Positions 51,014 through 64,000 of a stretch of 64,000 nucleotides of DNA are shown here, piece after piece. A model generated the notes under the pieces. The model saw only the letters and a list, made by a program, of their open reading frames with translations. It was not told the DNA's origin and did not search any database. This stretch comes from Lingula anatina (lineage: Eukaryota; Animalia; Brachiopoda). Both the position numbers and the translations under genes were made by a program. Each line of letters opens with the position of its first letter. The first letter of the stretch is position 1. The DNA is taken from contig CM120640.1 in NCBI GenBank assembly GCA_051362555.1, positions 11,532,001 to 11,596,000 of the forward strand, in the 5' to 3' direction.

Positions 51014-54000
51014 CTATCGTTTGCACTCACTGCAATGTAGGGGCCAGGCCTGATTCTGAAATGGTAAAAATGATAAAAAATAATGTGTCATATACTACAT
51101 TTATGTTGGCGAGTAATTAGTATAAACACTTCCTTATTTTCATTATTATACTATTATATATATATATAAACAACCATAATTGGTCTTCAAAAATACAGTT
51201 TCATTTATCCATGCAATGACAAGTTAACTACATAGTGCTCCAAAACTGTAGGAAGACAGCAATCTAGAACAATGAAAATGTCGTATATTAAATGAAGATC
51301 ACCTTACCTGGCATTCATGGCTGCAATACCAGCTGTCTTTGCACCCAGAACACAGGAATGATGCTTCTCTTCTGCACACAGCACACACATTCAGACTGTC
51401 CCTTGTAGTATCGCAGGGCTGCGCTGGGGTTGGGGGCATCATTTCTACACAGTTGCTGTTAACACCAAGGCTAACTCTGCCCTGAAATTGCTGGCCATCT
51501 CCGGGAGAAAACTGGTGACCTGGATATCCATTTAAATGGGTTCCATTTTCATGGCCTTGATTCTCCCTTCTGATGCCTGCTCTGAAATGTTCTTGGTTCA
51601 TGTCCTGTAGTCTTGACTGTGAATGCCCTGTAGCAGTCATTTGCATTTTAACATCCACTGCTTTCTCTGGTAAATGTGCATTCTGCATGTTCATCCTGAT
51701 AAACTGCCCAGGTGCTTGCATGGCTCTATTCGGGTAGGAAACTCCACTAGCACTTGTCTGGTTACCATGAGAAGGAAAATGAGCACCATTTCTGGGACTT
51801 GTAGGGGTCTGAGGAACGACAGAAATGCCTTCTTTTCTAGGGCTGACTTGGGAGCATGAGTGCAATGGATGTCCCAGCTGAAAATGCCTAGCACCCTAGA
51901 AAAAATGACTAAATATGTGAAAAAAAAGCCTTAGCAGGCAACCATAACTTAACAGTGAAAACATAATTTGGTGCGTATGCTCCTACTTAAACAGATTTTT
52001 CCTACATATTTTTCTTCTTATTTCAAAGTAGTTCAACATCATATTTCTTTTCCACTATTTTATAATACAGATTCCAAACACAAGTCAAGTACTTTTCTCA
52101 AATCAAAATTTTGCTTAATTTGTATGCAGTTCATTTTTGTACTTTTCATTAATGTATAAAAGTTGATCATTATTCAATTAGATGTACATCCACTTATAAA
52201 ACATCCTTCCCATGTTTGGTCCTAAAATTTATAAGTGCTACCGTGCATAGGAAAGGTTATATGCATATATACATGCTAATTTGTTGTTCTCTTTTTAATC
52301 TTCTTAAAAGTATTGTAAGCCACCTATATATGTAAGGTAAATGCCAAAGATTCACTGCTATCTATCATATTTTTTTCAATTATTCATCTTATTAATCTTT
52401 AAATGCAACACAATATTCATATCATACATGATGCAATCAACATGACCACTGTTCAAATTCCATTTTATTACTTGAAGTTGAATAATTGAAATATTTTAAT
52501 AATATGGTATCTTAATTTCTGACAAAGGTGCAAAAGCCATGCAGAGGAGGAAGTAAAAATGACATTCATTGCAAGATAATTTCTTTTGTCTAGCTGATAA
52601 GTAATTAATCAAAGTTATGACTTGAGCTTTTCATAATATCACTTGTTAATTTTTGATAAATTATATTCAATGTCACATAGAATTTCATAGTTGCCAGTTT
52701 TACAATGACCTATGTCATATGAAAATATTTGTCTCAATGCACCACATAATTTGATGATAAAAATGAGTACATACACCAACCTGTATTTGTTCAGCCATCT
52801 TATTAGGATATCCTGCCATGGTCTCCTTCCCATGCTGCATGAAAGCTTTAAATGGCATCTGCATTGCTTGCTGTTGCTGATTTGCTGGTCTTGGCCAATG
52901 CTTTACCATGGCTGCCCTGGGCCTAGAGATTGGGTGGCCATTAGTTATAGAACCTCCCACAGGCATTCTTGGTACTGGGCACCTGATATAAGTTCCTGGT
53001 ATATGATGACCATTAGCCTCCATTCTCATGGGATAAGGAGCGTTTTCTCTGTGGTATGTAGCGTGTGTAACTGATGTATGCTGTTGTAGCTGCTGCCAAT
53101 GTTGTTGCTTTTGTAGCTGCTGCATGGGCTGTACATAATTTTGAATGCTGGGTGGCCCTGACATCAGACTATTCTTGTTAGAAGCTATCAGTTGCTCTTC
53201 CTGACCATGACATTGGTACTGAAACTGCCTTTGTTTAACCTCATACGTTGTATCAGTGATGGGTAAATGTACTAGCCTAGGGGGTTCTCTTGGAACAGCT
53301 CCTGGTGCAGCCAATCCTGTCTGGGGGGCATTTGCCAAAAGGTGTTGTTGTTGTTGTTGTTGCTGTGGGCCATATGCAGAAGATGAACTGAGCAGAGTCT
53401 GTGTATGTCTGGGCATCTGTGCATGGTTTAAAGCCATTTGGCCACTGAAAGAATGCTGGTACCTATCTCCAAAATACTGTGCCTCTTGCTTTGCTCTGTT
53501 GGTGCGAGCAACTTGCATCGCCTCTTGCACTTGAATTTCTGCCTTATCAAACTCATTGTATCTTTTTGAGTACCTTTCATTCACGGCTATTTTATTCCGT
53601 TCTTGCTGCAGCGATTTCCAATGACCATCTTCATAATCTTCTGTCAGGTCAACAATCTTGTTCTGTGACAAGTAATCTTTCTGCCTGCTTTGATCTGCGT
53701 GGTTGGCTGACATCTGCTTTCCACTGTTGTACCAGTAGTTAGCTCTAGCTGATGTCACAGATACTCCTCCTTTGGCATCTGATGTGCTGGAGTGGGCCTC
53801 GGTCCTTTGAACCTTAACTGGGGTCCCTTGCTCGATTTTTGCCTCCATTTTACTTTTAGCAGCAAAACCCATTTTGTAAAATGAAGAGTCCATTGTGCTG
53901 TGGCCTGTCGTATGGCTGTATCTAGATGATATCAAAGCTTTTCCTTGAACTTTCACAGTTTTACCTGCAAGGCTATTTGTAGGTGCATGTTCTGGCTGCG

Positions 54001-57000
54001 GCAGTGCTCTCAAAGGTACTGGTGGTTGGCAATGAGCTGGTGGAGGGTTTTGCCATTTTTCTGATGCTGGCCCTTTCAAATGTTTACCTTCTTCAGTGTT
54101 ACTGTGTGCAGGAGGTGGGCAGGGTAGATTTGCAGATCTAGGATGAGCATCCTTTGCACTCTTTTGTGGTGAGACAGTATGGGGCACACTTTCTTGGCTG
54201 TATCTCTTTTTAACTGATTGCCCCGATTCACAACGCATTGTATTCTTGTTCATCCTTTCAGAAGTTGGTGAAATATTAAAGCATTGATAATTTGGCCTTG
54301 CAGCTTGGATGCTACCTTTACCCAGAAGCAGTTTCTGACGTTCTTCATATTTCTTCTTCATGTGCTGGGCAAATTTTAGTTTGAGCTCCAGTAACTTCTT
54401 CTGTTCCTTTTCTTTGGTTTGTGCTATTTCCTCTAACTTTTTAAACTGCAGTTGACACTTTTCAATGTCTGATTCCACTGAAGCCAATGTGTTCCCTGTC
54501 CCTGTCATGTCCCCATTAAAAGACAGCAGAGTTGAATTCGTACCAGCAAAACCATTCCTTGCTGCTGAAGCAACTGACCCAGCACTATTCAACTGGTATT
54601 GGGACGTTTTTCCTCCAAGTAACTCCTCTCTGGGTGCTGCATGGTAAAAACCTTGCGGCATGGTCAGCATCCTTGATGAAACTTCTTTGGCATTCTTGGA
54701 TACCTGACTAACACCTGCGGGAAATGTTACAGCTTGTGAGTATGAGGGTGGAGCACTACATGGGCCAGACTCTGGATGCATGTAAGGCAAATCTTGTGAA
54801 GTACTGAACATACTCTTATCACTGCCTGGATCTGAGTGAGGCCTTTGAAGTTGCTTCAGAGCAGGATAGTTAGAGGTTGATGGTGAGACATGGCTTAGCA
54901 TGCTTGATGGTCTACTACTCTGTGGCATGAAGTTGTCCTGCCATCCCATGTATTGCTCACGCCAAGATGGTGTTCTATATTGTTCTGGGGACCCAGTCTC
55001 GAAAGGATTGCCTAAAACAAAAGTTTCGACTGGGACTGGTGGTTGCATGTTTGGGTGTGAGAATGAGATAAGCTGTGGAACAGGTGGAATGCTGTGGATT
55101 TTCCGTCGTCTGTGTTTTTCCTTCGTATTGATTTGTTTTCCAGCATCTGTGGGCTGTAAGCAGTTCATCTCATTAATAGAAGCACCTGTACACTGAGTGC
55201 CACTTTCTACTTTTTCAGCACAAGAGTTGACAGTAATAGCCCCTTTTTCTGAAACATCTTTCTCCTCTGATACAGATTCTATGCTTTGCTGATTTTGACT
55301 GCTATAAGGATTATGCAGTGTGGATGCACCAATATTTGTGGCAACTGCTTCTATTGCTTGAGTGTTTGATGCTTCAGTACTCTGCACTTGAGGATAGACT
55401 TTCTGTACAGGAGCACTAGGCTTCACCTTCTTTGCCACAAGACCTAAAAACAAAATGATAATTTATCAGTTCTTAACTGAAATAAATTTTCTCCCCTCTT
55501 GTTAGAGAAGAAATAACACAAAGCAGCAAATTATGATGGTGCCTGCACTCAAAGATTAATTTTTTTAAAAATAATTTTGAATTCACCTACTAAAATTAAT
55601 AACTGATAATATGCAAACAAATTCTTTTGTTAAGGGTCTTAATTAATTCAACTGATAAATATCTATAATTTTTATTGATATTTTTAATAATTATAATTTT
55701 TCATTAATGCCTGTGCATTCAAAGTTGCACGTACACCTTATTTTGTTGATTTCATCTGAGTCTACAGTCTAATCTTTCTTTTGTACTTAAAATCTGTACA
55801 TATTTACAAACCATATTAACAAAACACAGTACATTCCATATAACATTCACAAACCAAAAAATATAGCTAACTGATGTATACCTCATAAAAATTTTGCAAT
55901 GTAATTTGCTTCATGTAATCAAGGTTTTGGTTTTTGCTTCCATTCAGAGTATTTTTCTCAAATGAATGTGGACTGATATCATCAATTTTGTATATAAAAA
56001 TGCCATATATGTGTTCAAGGAAAAGCACCAGTGGCTTCCTATATTTAATGGAATGTACTAACCAAAATAATTCTGTTGGGAAAAATGCAACCTTCCAAAA
56101 ATATATTAGGAAAAATTTGGGCAAAAAGAGATTGGTTTCCTTTCATACTGACAAACTGAACAACAAGATAGGGCATATATGGTATAAGTAGTTTTGTCAA
56201 ATCACTTTGGGGCATTTCTCTATTGTGAGGAACCAGACAAATAACAGATACAGTGACAATATCATATGCACTTGCCTGCACTGCCCTGCCATTTATCTTC
56301 CTCGGCTTTTCCTTCAGGCTTTATAGACATCTTCTCGGTATCTGCAGCATGTTTCCCATCAGAGGCAACAGCTACTGGAATGACACAAAAACAAATAAGG
56401 GTGCATCATGGTAACAATCTTTTGTCATCTACACATGTTCTACAAAATTTTTTTGTAACATGATCCTCAATATGAAAATAATATATACCACTTAGGTGTG
56501 CCATGCTTCGCGAAAGGAGATAAACATCAGAAAAAATGTGACTTGTCCCTTTGTGTGCCTCTTTGGGAGATGACAAGATAATCACCTAGTGTCAACATTG
56601 GACTTCCTCCAGCTCAAACTTCAAGAATCAAAATGTCAGTTATTGCAGGGGCCATGTCAAAGAATGATGTGCTTTTTATGAACTTGTGCCACTCTTTAGG
56701 AGAATCAGGTTAGTCATGCTTTTTGTTGTATTTGCACATGTGTTAACCTGTTTCTGTTATGTTGGGAAAGGAGGAAATTCTACCAGTATATCCTGAAACA
56801 CACTTAAAGTATTTTTTTGTTCAATTGTCTTGATGCAACTGATTAAAATGGAAATGAAATGATGCATCTGGTCTGGAAAAGAATGAGTTATTTCTTACCT
56901 TACAAAAAAAAAAAAATAATAATAATAAAAATAAATAAATAAATAAATAAATAAAGACTATTTGAGATTGATAAAAAATTAATTTTTTTATATGTTGCCT

Positions 57001-58617
57001 TAACTTTTTTTCATTCATTTTAGTAATCCTCCTAAACAGTCTTTTTGTAGTAAAAAAAAAAAAAAAAAAACCTGCAAGTAATTACCCTACTGGCTTGAGA
57101 TAACTTTTTATGTTTTATTGAATTGAGAATCCATGCTTCTGTGTGCAAGGGATCACTGAAATTAGGCAAAATATTATTATTATCCAAAGCCTACATTAAA
57201 TGGAAAAATTACTTAGTCTCTCTGTAGAAACCATAAAACATCATTTTGCATGGTAAAATTCTCCCTTCAAATTGTTTTTTTTGTGTGTTTGTAATCAACA
57301 CTGAAGGGTATCCACATAATTATAACAGCATCACTTTCTTTACCTTCCAAAATATGACAGCAGACCTATGAAATCAATGTGAATATATAGGAGACATATC
57401 AGCCTTAGGAGATCCTATTGCAAATGCCAAACAGAGGTTGAAATGTCCCCTAGCTAGTGTCATAGGTCATCAGAATATATGGATGTGTCATAAATCCCAG
57501 AAAGATCTATAAAGCTTTGTAAAAGAATAAGAGCATGGTGGTAATAAAATTGCTTGGACCAAATAGCCCTGATTGTACAGTTTCCACTGAAGAAGGATGT
57601 ATGACAACTAAGTGTAATAGCAATTTACAATCAATAGAGGGTGAAATATTTGATTCTTGGACAAACTGAACTGCAAACTATGTGCATCTGTAACTTAGAT
57701 CATGCTATTAAAACGTTCACATCAACTGACATTTTTCTTATGGGTTACTTGTTAGCATATTACACCTAATGGTGGCCACCAGCGCTGAGAGGATATAGTA
57801 AGACTAGGTTCCTATACCTAGTTCGATCTAACAGGATGAATCAATCTCCAAGGAGTTTCTCGCTAAATTGCTTTCAGCTAAAGCAGCTTAGATGTCTGAC
57901 AGGCCTCCTGAAGCTGCTAAACAATAATTAATTACCCACTAGCAGCTTCAGTAGGTGTGACAGACATCTAAGCTGCTTAAGTTGAATGCAATTTAGCAAG
58001 AATCCCCTTGGAGATAGATCGATCCATAGTTAGTACGATAGGGTCTGAGCATGGTCCCCAAGTCTATGTGGTGGCAATGGCAACCAGTCTGCTGGACTCG
58101 TGCTGTCTCAACGCCTGTATTTGTATCCTAGTATTAATGGTTCATCTGATATACCAGTGAGGAAGTTATGTAGTTTTTTTCTAAAACTGACCTACAGTAC
58201 AGAGAGTTTTGTTTCTTTACTCCATGGGCAAAGCATTGAACAAACATGGGCCTTCCATTGCAAATGAAACTTCTCTTTGTTCTTGCATTGTTTGGGTGAA
58301 TGATTGCTGGGATTTTACATTGTGGTTAAGCAAATCAGAAATATCTGCAACATCAAGCGGTCAGTAGACCCTCACTGGCTTAATCAATCTACGATGTCAG
58401 TAACTAAGAAGTTTGAATATACAGTTTGTATACTCCTAGATCAACTATTGTGATACTCCCTTACGTCCAGCCTATAAAATGAATTCATACCATTTTCTCC
58501 ACTGTAATCATGTCCATTTTTGGTGTTTCTCACATCTGTAGATCCATCAACTGAAGGCACAGCATTCCCCTGATTGGAAAACTCTTCTACAACGTTTCCC
58601 TGTATAATCATACCAAT
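51014..58617 (-). CDS. 3' part of a large low-complexity (Q/P/S-rich) protein with a C-terminal zf-MYND finger
   Basis: Exons 58491-58617, 56276-56374 (GC donor), 52781-55443 (2663 nt), 51308-51895, 51014-51055; joined C-terminus CAVCRREASFLCSGCKDSWYCSHECQNQAWPLHCSECKR* fits the MYND consensus. 5' end not established. Confidence 0.85.
57802..58058. mobile_element. Harbinger-like MITE family H, copy D (internally palindromic)
   Basis: Inverted relative to copy C; internal arms GCAGCTTAGATGTCTG / CAGACATCTAAGCTGC; ends ..GGAGATAGATCGATCC..ATGGTCCC. Confidence 0.75.
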
Positions 58618-59109
58618 CTGATTACTGAAAAAAGCAAATAACAACAAAAATTTCAATTAATACATCTGTTTAAAACTCCCAGTACTGTTTTGCCACCATG
58701 GGAAATAATAGTATACAGGAGATCAGCTTCAGGCAATACAAATCTGGACAGTACATCTTTTTTCTTCCGTCCATTAGATTGCTGTCAACACTTCTCAAGT
58801 CTTCTTTGTCTAACCCATTATATAACTGACTTGCAGATGATCATCAGTATTTTTTGTCTGAAATGAAATCAACTGTGAGGTTGATGATTGGATATGAGAA
58901 GCCAAATGTTACAGCTATTAATGGAAAAGCACTGGCAAGAAAAGAGCAATGAAACAGAATATGGCAGGGATGTCATCATGAGACCAGTCCTCACTGAAAA
59001 AGTAGGAAAATTGGCTGGGGGTCCAGGGTACACGATTCACAAAAATGACCCAAATGAGCCCGAAAAAGTCGGAATTCCGACAAAGTCGGAAAAGTCTCAT
59101 CAGTGACAT

Positions 59110-60960
59110 GGAGAAACTTAATAGGAAGATAACGTGTCAGCCAAGAGAAAATGGCTAAACAAAAGATGAACAGAGATAGAAGCAAAGTGATCAACATCCT
59201 CAAAATCTAGGTACACAGAAAGTTCTATAGATCCAAAGGGTGATTATAAACAAATATTTATGGATAAAGATATCCTAAAGAGGTGTGCAGAATACATAAG
59301 TTAAAGGTATGAAAATGACAGAAGAGATTTCAGTACACCATTAGACAGAACACTGATGGACTCCTTGCAATAGAAGAGGAGCTAATATATATATATGGTA
59401 CAAAGGAAATGAAAAGGGAGGAAGCTCTTGCGACAGAAATGTATGTAGCATTTGATTTGCTTGAAGCATTTGATGCTTTTGGAATAGACTATGTTACAAA
59501 GGTACTTAACATCAGGCCTATCCAACTACCAGACTCGGCACCGAATGAGGTGAATTCACTGATAGATCAGACCACACTACCCGTTTTCAAGGTGTGTGTC
59601 AGATCGCATTACCCAGTATCATACCCTGAACATATTTTGAGTGGTGATGCAATGCTTTTCAACCCCGCTGAGAATCGTCACTATCACATGGCATACTAGG
59701 CAAGAGCAGTGTCGCGTCTGATACTGTGAAATGCGTACTGATACACACCTTGAAAACGGGTAGTGTGGTCTGATCTACCAGTGAATTCAGGATCATTCGG
59801 TGCCGAGTCTGGTAGTTGGGTAGGCCTGAACATGGTATATGACACATACAAGACACTTTTAAAGTCAGTCTTCATAGCAATTACAAAGAAAACTGGAACT
59901 AACCATAACACCGCACCCTAACTGGCTCATGATGAAGGTAAGCTGTAGAATCAAGCCAGAGAATGCTGAAGAATAGCACTGTTTAGTAGAAGGTTAAGTC
60001 ACTGCCCAAGTCACTAGCAATACAATTACCTGCTTGGAATAGTAGTAGAATGAAGTTTGAAAGTTCAAAAAGATGTCTTCTTCTGCTTTATAGACAACAT
60101 CAAAGCATTTAACAATGTAAAACATGAAGAACTGATGAAACAACTGGAAGAAATAAATATAGGTAGGAAAGATATAAGAATAATGAGGGACATATACTGG
60201 AGTCAAATAGCAACCACAAAACTAAGTGCTTTTCAGAAGACAAAGGATAGTTTTCAGATTTATTCTCATTAAACATTATGCGAAAGCTTGGAAAAAACTC
60301 TGGAATGAAACTAGGGGACATATGGTCAACAATATAAGGCATGCTGCTGACAGAGTGCTAATAGCTACATACCTAGGGTCTGAATAGTGAAAAGACTGAG
60401 GTTAAGGTGGTAAGTAAAGATACAAATGCTCAGGTCTGCAACATTAATACAAAATACTGAATTATATAAGTCAAATGTAAAAGATACCTTTATTGGCAGT
60501 GACAGAAAGAAGATAAAGAATCAGACAAGCAACAAAAGACATTCAATTGTATCAATAAAAAAAAAGAATTTACATCTGTGAAAAAAGGACCAACAGTAAG
60601 AAAATAAAGGAGAAATATGAGTCAGTAGTCATGTGTCTTTTCAGAAGGATGATGTGTCTACCATGAACAGAGATGAAAACAAATGAGCAAATACCAACAG
60701 GACCTTTTAAAAGATGGGAAAAAGAAAAGCCACTTTCTTAGGAAATATGATGAGAAGAGTTAGTATAAAGCATATCATCTGGTAATGTCAGGGTAGTTGG
60801 AAGAAAAAAGCAGAGGGAAGATAAAGAAGAAAAATGCTGGACAGCTGTACAGTGGATGGGACACACTGTGGTGACAGTCTGACAGATATGCTGAGAGCTG
60901 CCAAAGGGGCATTCGGAATAGCAGACTTACTAGTCCATGGATCAAATATGGTGACCCACT
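59110..60960 (+). mobile_element. Heavily decayed RTE/BovB-like LINE remnant in an intron of the MYND gene
   Basis: RT fragment KVQKDVFFCFIDNIKAFNNVKHEELMKQLEEINIGRKDIRIMRDIYWSQ (60057-60272) plus fragmentary flanking similarity with many stops and frameshifts. Boundaries approximate. Confidence 0.75.
59513..59828. mobile_element. MITE with ~100-bp TIRs and 5-bp TSD, nested in the RTE remnant
   Basis: CAGGCCTATCCAACTACCAGACTCGGCACCGAATGA.. / ..TCATTCGGTGCCGAGTCTGGTAGTTGGGTAGGCCTG; TSD AACAT (59508-59512, 59829-59833). Confidence 0.88.
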
Positions 60961-61005
60961 TAAAAGCTTGCCCTCTAATTCCCTAACAGATACTGAATAG
61001 ATTAC

Positions 61006-61163
61006 GCAACCAGAATTCAAGTGGTTGGCCATACTTGTTAGTCCACTGTTGTGAATGCAGCCAAAGACAGGGGGATGTAGAGGGAGTTGATCATCAATGC
61101 TATGAAGCAGGGTAGATGATGATGGTGATGAGCAATCCAATATTCTTTTTCCTGTGACAGTTT
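61006..61163 (-). CDS. Tentative upstream exon of the MYND gene
   Basis: ccag acceptor, open frame TVTGKRILDCSSPSSSTLLHSIDDQLPLHPP..LNSGC, phase-0 donor gtaatc compatible with the 58617 acceptor; splice signals are weak. Confidence 0.35.
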
Positions 61164-62656
61164 CTGGTCATGCATTCATATTATGTTCTTCAAGTGTCAA
61201 ACTGATTATTAAAAACACCAGAACTACACAACTTTAACTCAAGTCGTTTTTTCCATTCTTTTCTTTAGGAAGACTTTGTGTTATTTTCCTAAAAAGGTGT
61301 AATGTAAAACAATTTTAGCTGCCTTTTTTATTGTATCTACATTTATATAATAGTCAACAAAGATTAACAAAAAAAATGAATGCTAATTGTCATATTAGCC
61401 AGATAAATGTATGTAATTCAGTATTTGCATAAAGACTGGATAACTAACAACCCATTTCAGTCTACACATCGACATAATCATATGCAGGTAAATGTCCCAT
61501 AAGAATCACATAAAACAGAATCATACTTAACTAGACAGCAAAGCTGGCAGACATACTGATAATACACAGAAAAACTAAAGATAAAGACACAAGCAAGTAA
61601 AAATAAAATGGCTATACTTCACAGAAAGGATTTTTTGAAAACTTCAAGGAATGGCCAATCTGTTAAAAGTTACATATGAAGCAATGGAAGATTCCCTGTA
61701 ACACACATAAATCACTACAGAACTACAACTTTCTTATCTGCCTCAAATCAAAGTCCACATGCCAAAGGATAAATCACATTGATCACTCCATTAGCAAAAA
61801 AAGTAAAAATTACAGAGGCTGGGGTAGCGCTAACACTCGCCAATTTAGCCAAATGCTAAAACTGACTTAAATTGGCTAAACAAGGGTTTTATTTGACTTG
61901 TTTTAGACAAATTATAACCATTTGGATAACAAAGAGACAAAAAAGTGGTGATTTGACTAAGGGGAAAAAATGGCTAGCGCTATCCCAGAGAGGGTTACAT
62001 GTAGCACAGAAAGCAACAAATATGTTCAAATATCATTTTTCCAGAAATAAGAAACAAAACCCTGTGATATTTATTTATGCTATTATTAACTATATGGTTT
62101 CATGCCAATGATTTGACATGTCAACTCACTTCTATTGCATCTTTAATGCACCACATTTTGATTGGTTATTCAAATTTGTTCCTCATTGTTGATTTCTATG
62201 CATTTTATCTTGTTGTTTAAGAAGAATGTAATGTAAGATATGGTACTAGTGTAACATCTTAATGATAAATTTTCAAGCAGAAATATTAAATTCAAAATAT
62301 CTGTGCATTGTTATATGCTGTTTTTAATTTTCCTTTCCCATTATCATATGTTAATTCAATTTTCATAATTCCAAAATTCTACAAATGAAATCAATAATAC
62401 AATAGTCTAATGATGAAATAACAAAATTTCAAAAGTGCCACACTATAGTTTCTATCTTTTAGAATCATCCTCCGACTTTGTCTGATGTGGTGTCCAGTGT
62501 CTGGTTTTACCTCTGCCCACATACAAATCATTGTCAACTAATGCAGCAAGGAATTGCTGATAAACTGTACCATTGGCCCAATTCAGAATGGATGATCCGA
62601 GTACTCACTAATCCGCCGACTAAATATGACTGACCACAGTTCAAAAGTGATACCAT

Positions 62657-62781
62657 TGATTCTTGATGGTCTCCCCAAATCCACACACGCCTTTAAACGG
62701 ATTAAATCTCTGCTCTGAGGTTAAATTGCTAGGCCCCTGTAGCGACGGCGTATATGGAGGCGGGGAGACCATCAGGAATCA
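62657..62781. mobile_element. Short MITE-like inverted-repeat element
   Basis: TGATTCTTGATGGTCTCCCCAAATCCACACACGCC / GGCGTATATGGAGGCGGGGAGACCATCAGGAATCA; no clear TSD. Confidence 0.6.
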
Positions 62782-63269
62782 TCATATAAACAGAAAGTTG
62801 AGAAAGTAAATCACAGACACATCTACTTTCAATACATGTCATTGTTATTCATCGTTATTTTTTCATCCAGTTCAATTTATCATAAATACCCAACCTATGT
62901 TCACTACAGTGACTGCAGTTTTCACCAACATACACATATAATCATAAAGCCTAGCAAATAATTTTATGCTCAGCAAGGTCTTGGTTATTAAGTACGTTAT
63001 CATCATCCTTTACCCATTAAGACTGTATTAAGCACTTAGCACTTGTTATGCCATCTTGGCAAGCCAAGTGCATATAGTCTAACCTGTATTACCTTCCACA
63101 GTACAGTTGTCACTCTTAATATTCAGGGTGTTAGCCTTACTAACTTAACTAACTAACTAACTACCAGTTAGCTACCCTCTACTAGGGCCAAAGAGAGACT
63201 TATTCATTAGGTATCAGATTATTTCTTTGATGATTAATTCTGAACTGTCCAAAAGGAAATTTTGAAAAA

Positions 63270-63300
<31 letters not shown>

Positions 63301-64000
63301 CGTCATCACTAAGCTGGCCTGTGAAAGAGAGTAACAATTTCCCATGTTCACCAGGAAATGAATATAAAATGTAACTGAACTGAATCACATTGTCACCACC
63401 TTTGGCATAAATATTTAGCATGAACAGGTGCAAAGAGAAACCTTGGTAACAATTTTAATCATCTACCCGAGTCCTGCCAGGAACAAGCTTGTTGGCTCTT
63501 TATCATCAATCCACAAATTCCATTTGCGCACACACACCAAATGAATAAATAAATAAATGAATAAATAAATTAAGTGCCATCTTTCTCTTTTTACCAATTA
63601 CTAGTCTTTAGGCCTGTCAAATCTATCCTAATACTTTAATGACTACATGTTTTTATGTATATATGGCAAGCTAATAAAGCTTGCGACTATACAACCACTA
63701 AAAATATGAACATATAAACATGAGCACCCTAATAAATAATTTGCTAAACTCAAACAATGATCCACATGAATTTGTGCAACTGCTTTCCAAAACATGATCT
63801 GTTCCTTGCTGTTTATTATCCTTGAGACAGTGATACAGACAGATGCTTAGGTTTCTCATCAAAGCTGTGTTGTATGAAAGATGTTCAGGGTTTTTTTTGT
63901 TGAAGATGATAATCATTCTCCCAAGAGCCTGCGTCTTACTTTGTCTGGGAAGGGGTGGAGTGGCCATTAGACTACTAATTATTTAAAATTGCAATGGTAA

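Noticed and set aside
59409-59911. Paired similar ORFs on opposite strands (PIQLPDSAPNE / PTQLPDSAPND)
   Set aside because: Artefact of translating the two TIRs of the 59513-59828 MITE.
63698-63967. 89-aa minus-strand ORF as an exon of the MYND gene
   Set aside because: No convincing splice sites or recognisable motif.

Overview
AT-rich, intron-containing animal (invertebrate-like) genomic DNA; no prokaryotic features, rRNA, intact tRNA or CRISPR seen. All gene models were built by hand from splice signals and reading phase, with no database search. Three spliced genes: (1) a 31-exon minus-strand gene (41626->16520, 4101 nt CDS, 1366 aa) with a predicted N-terminal hydrophobic anchor, ARM-like repeats (about one per exon), an inserted ILEI/PANDER(GG)-like domain, an RSPRY1-type SPRY domain and a second degenerate SPRY, but no RING; (2) EMG1/NEP1 (41969->45209, 6 exons, 229 aa), head-to-head with gene 1 across 342 bp; (3) the 3' part of a large low-complexity protein ending in a zf-MYND finger (minus strand, stop at 51014), including a GC-AG intron. 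A probable first exon and promoter of a fourth gene lies at ~3.2-3.6 kb (minus). The rest is rich in transposons: a 5'-truncated RTEX-like LINE interrupted by an IS3EU-type palindromic MITE, a decayed RTE/BovB-like LINE, a tRNA-derived SINE, Helentron-like elements, and MITEs with 3-, 4-, 5-, 6- and 8-bp target duplications. The best novelty candidate is the ARM/ILEI-like/SPRY protein.
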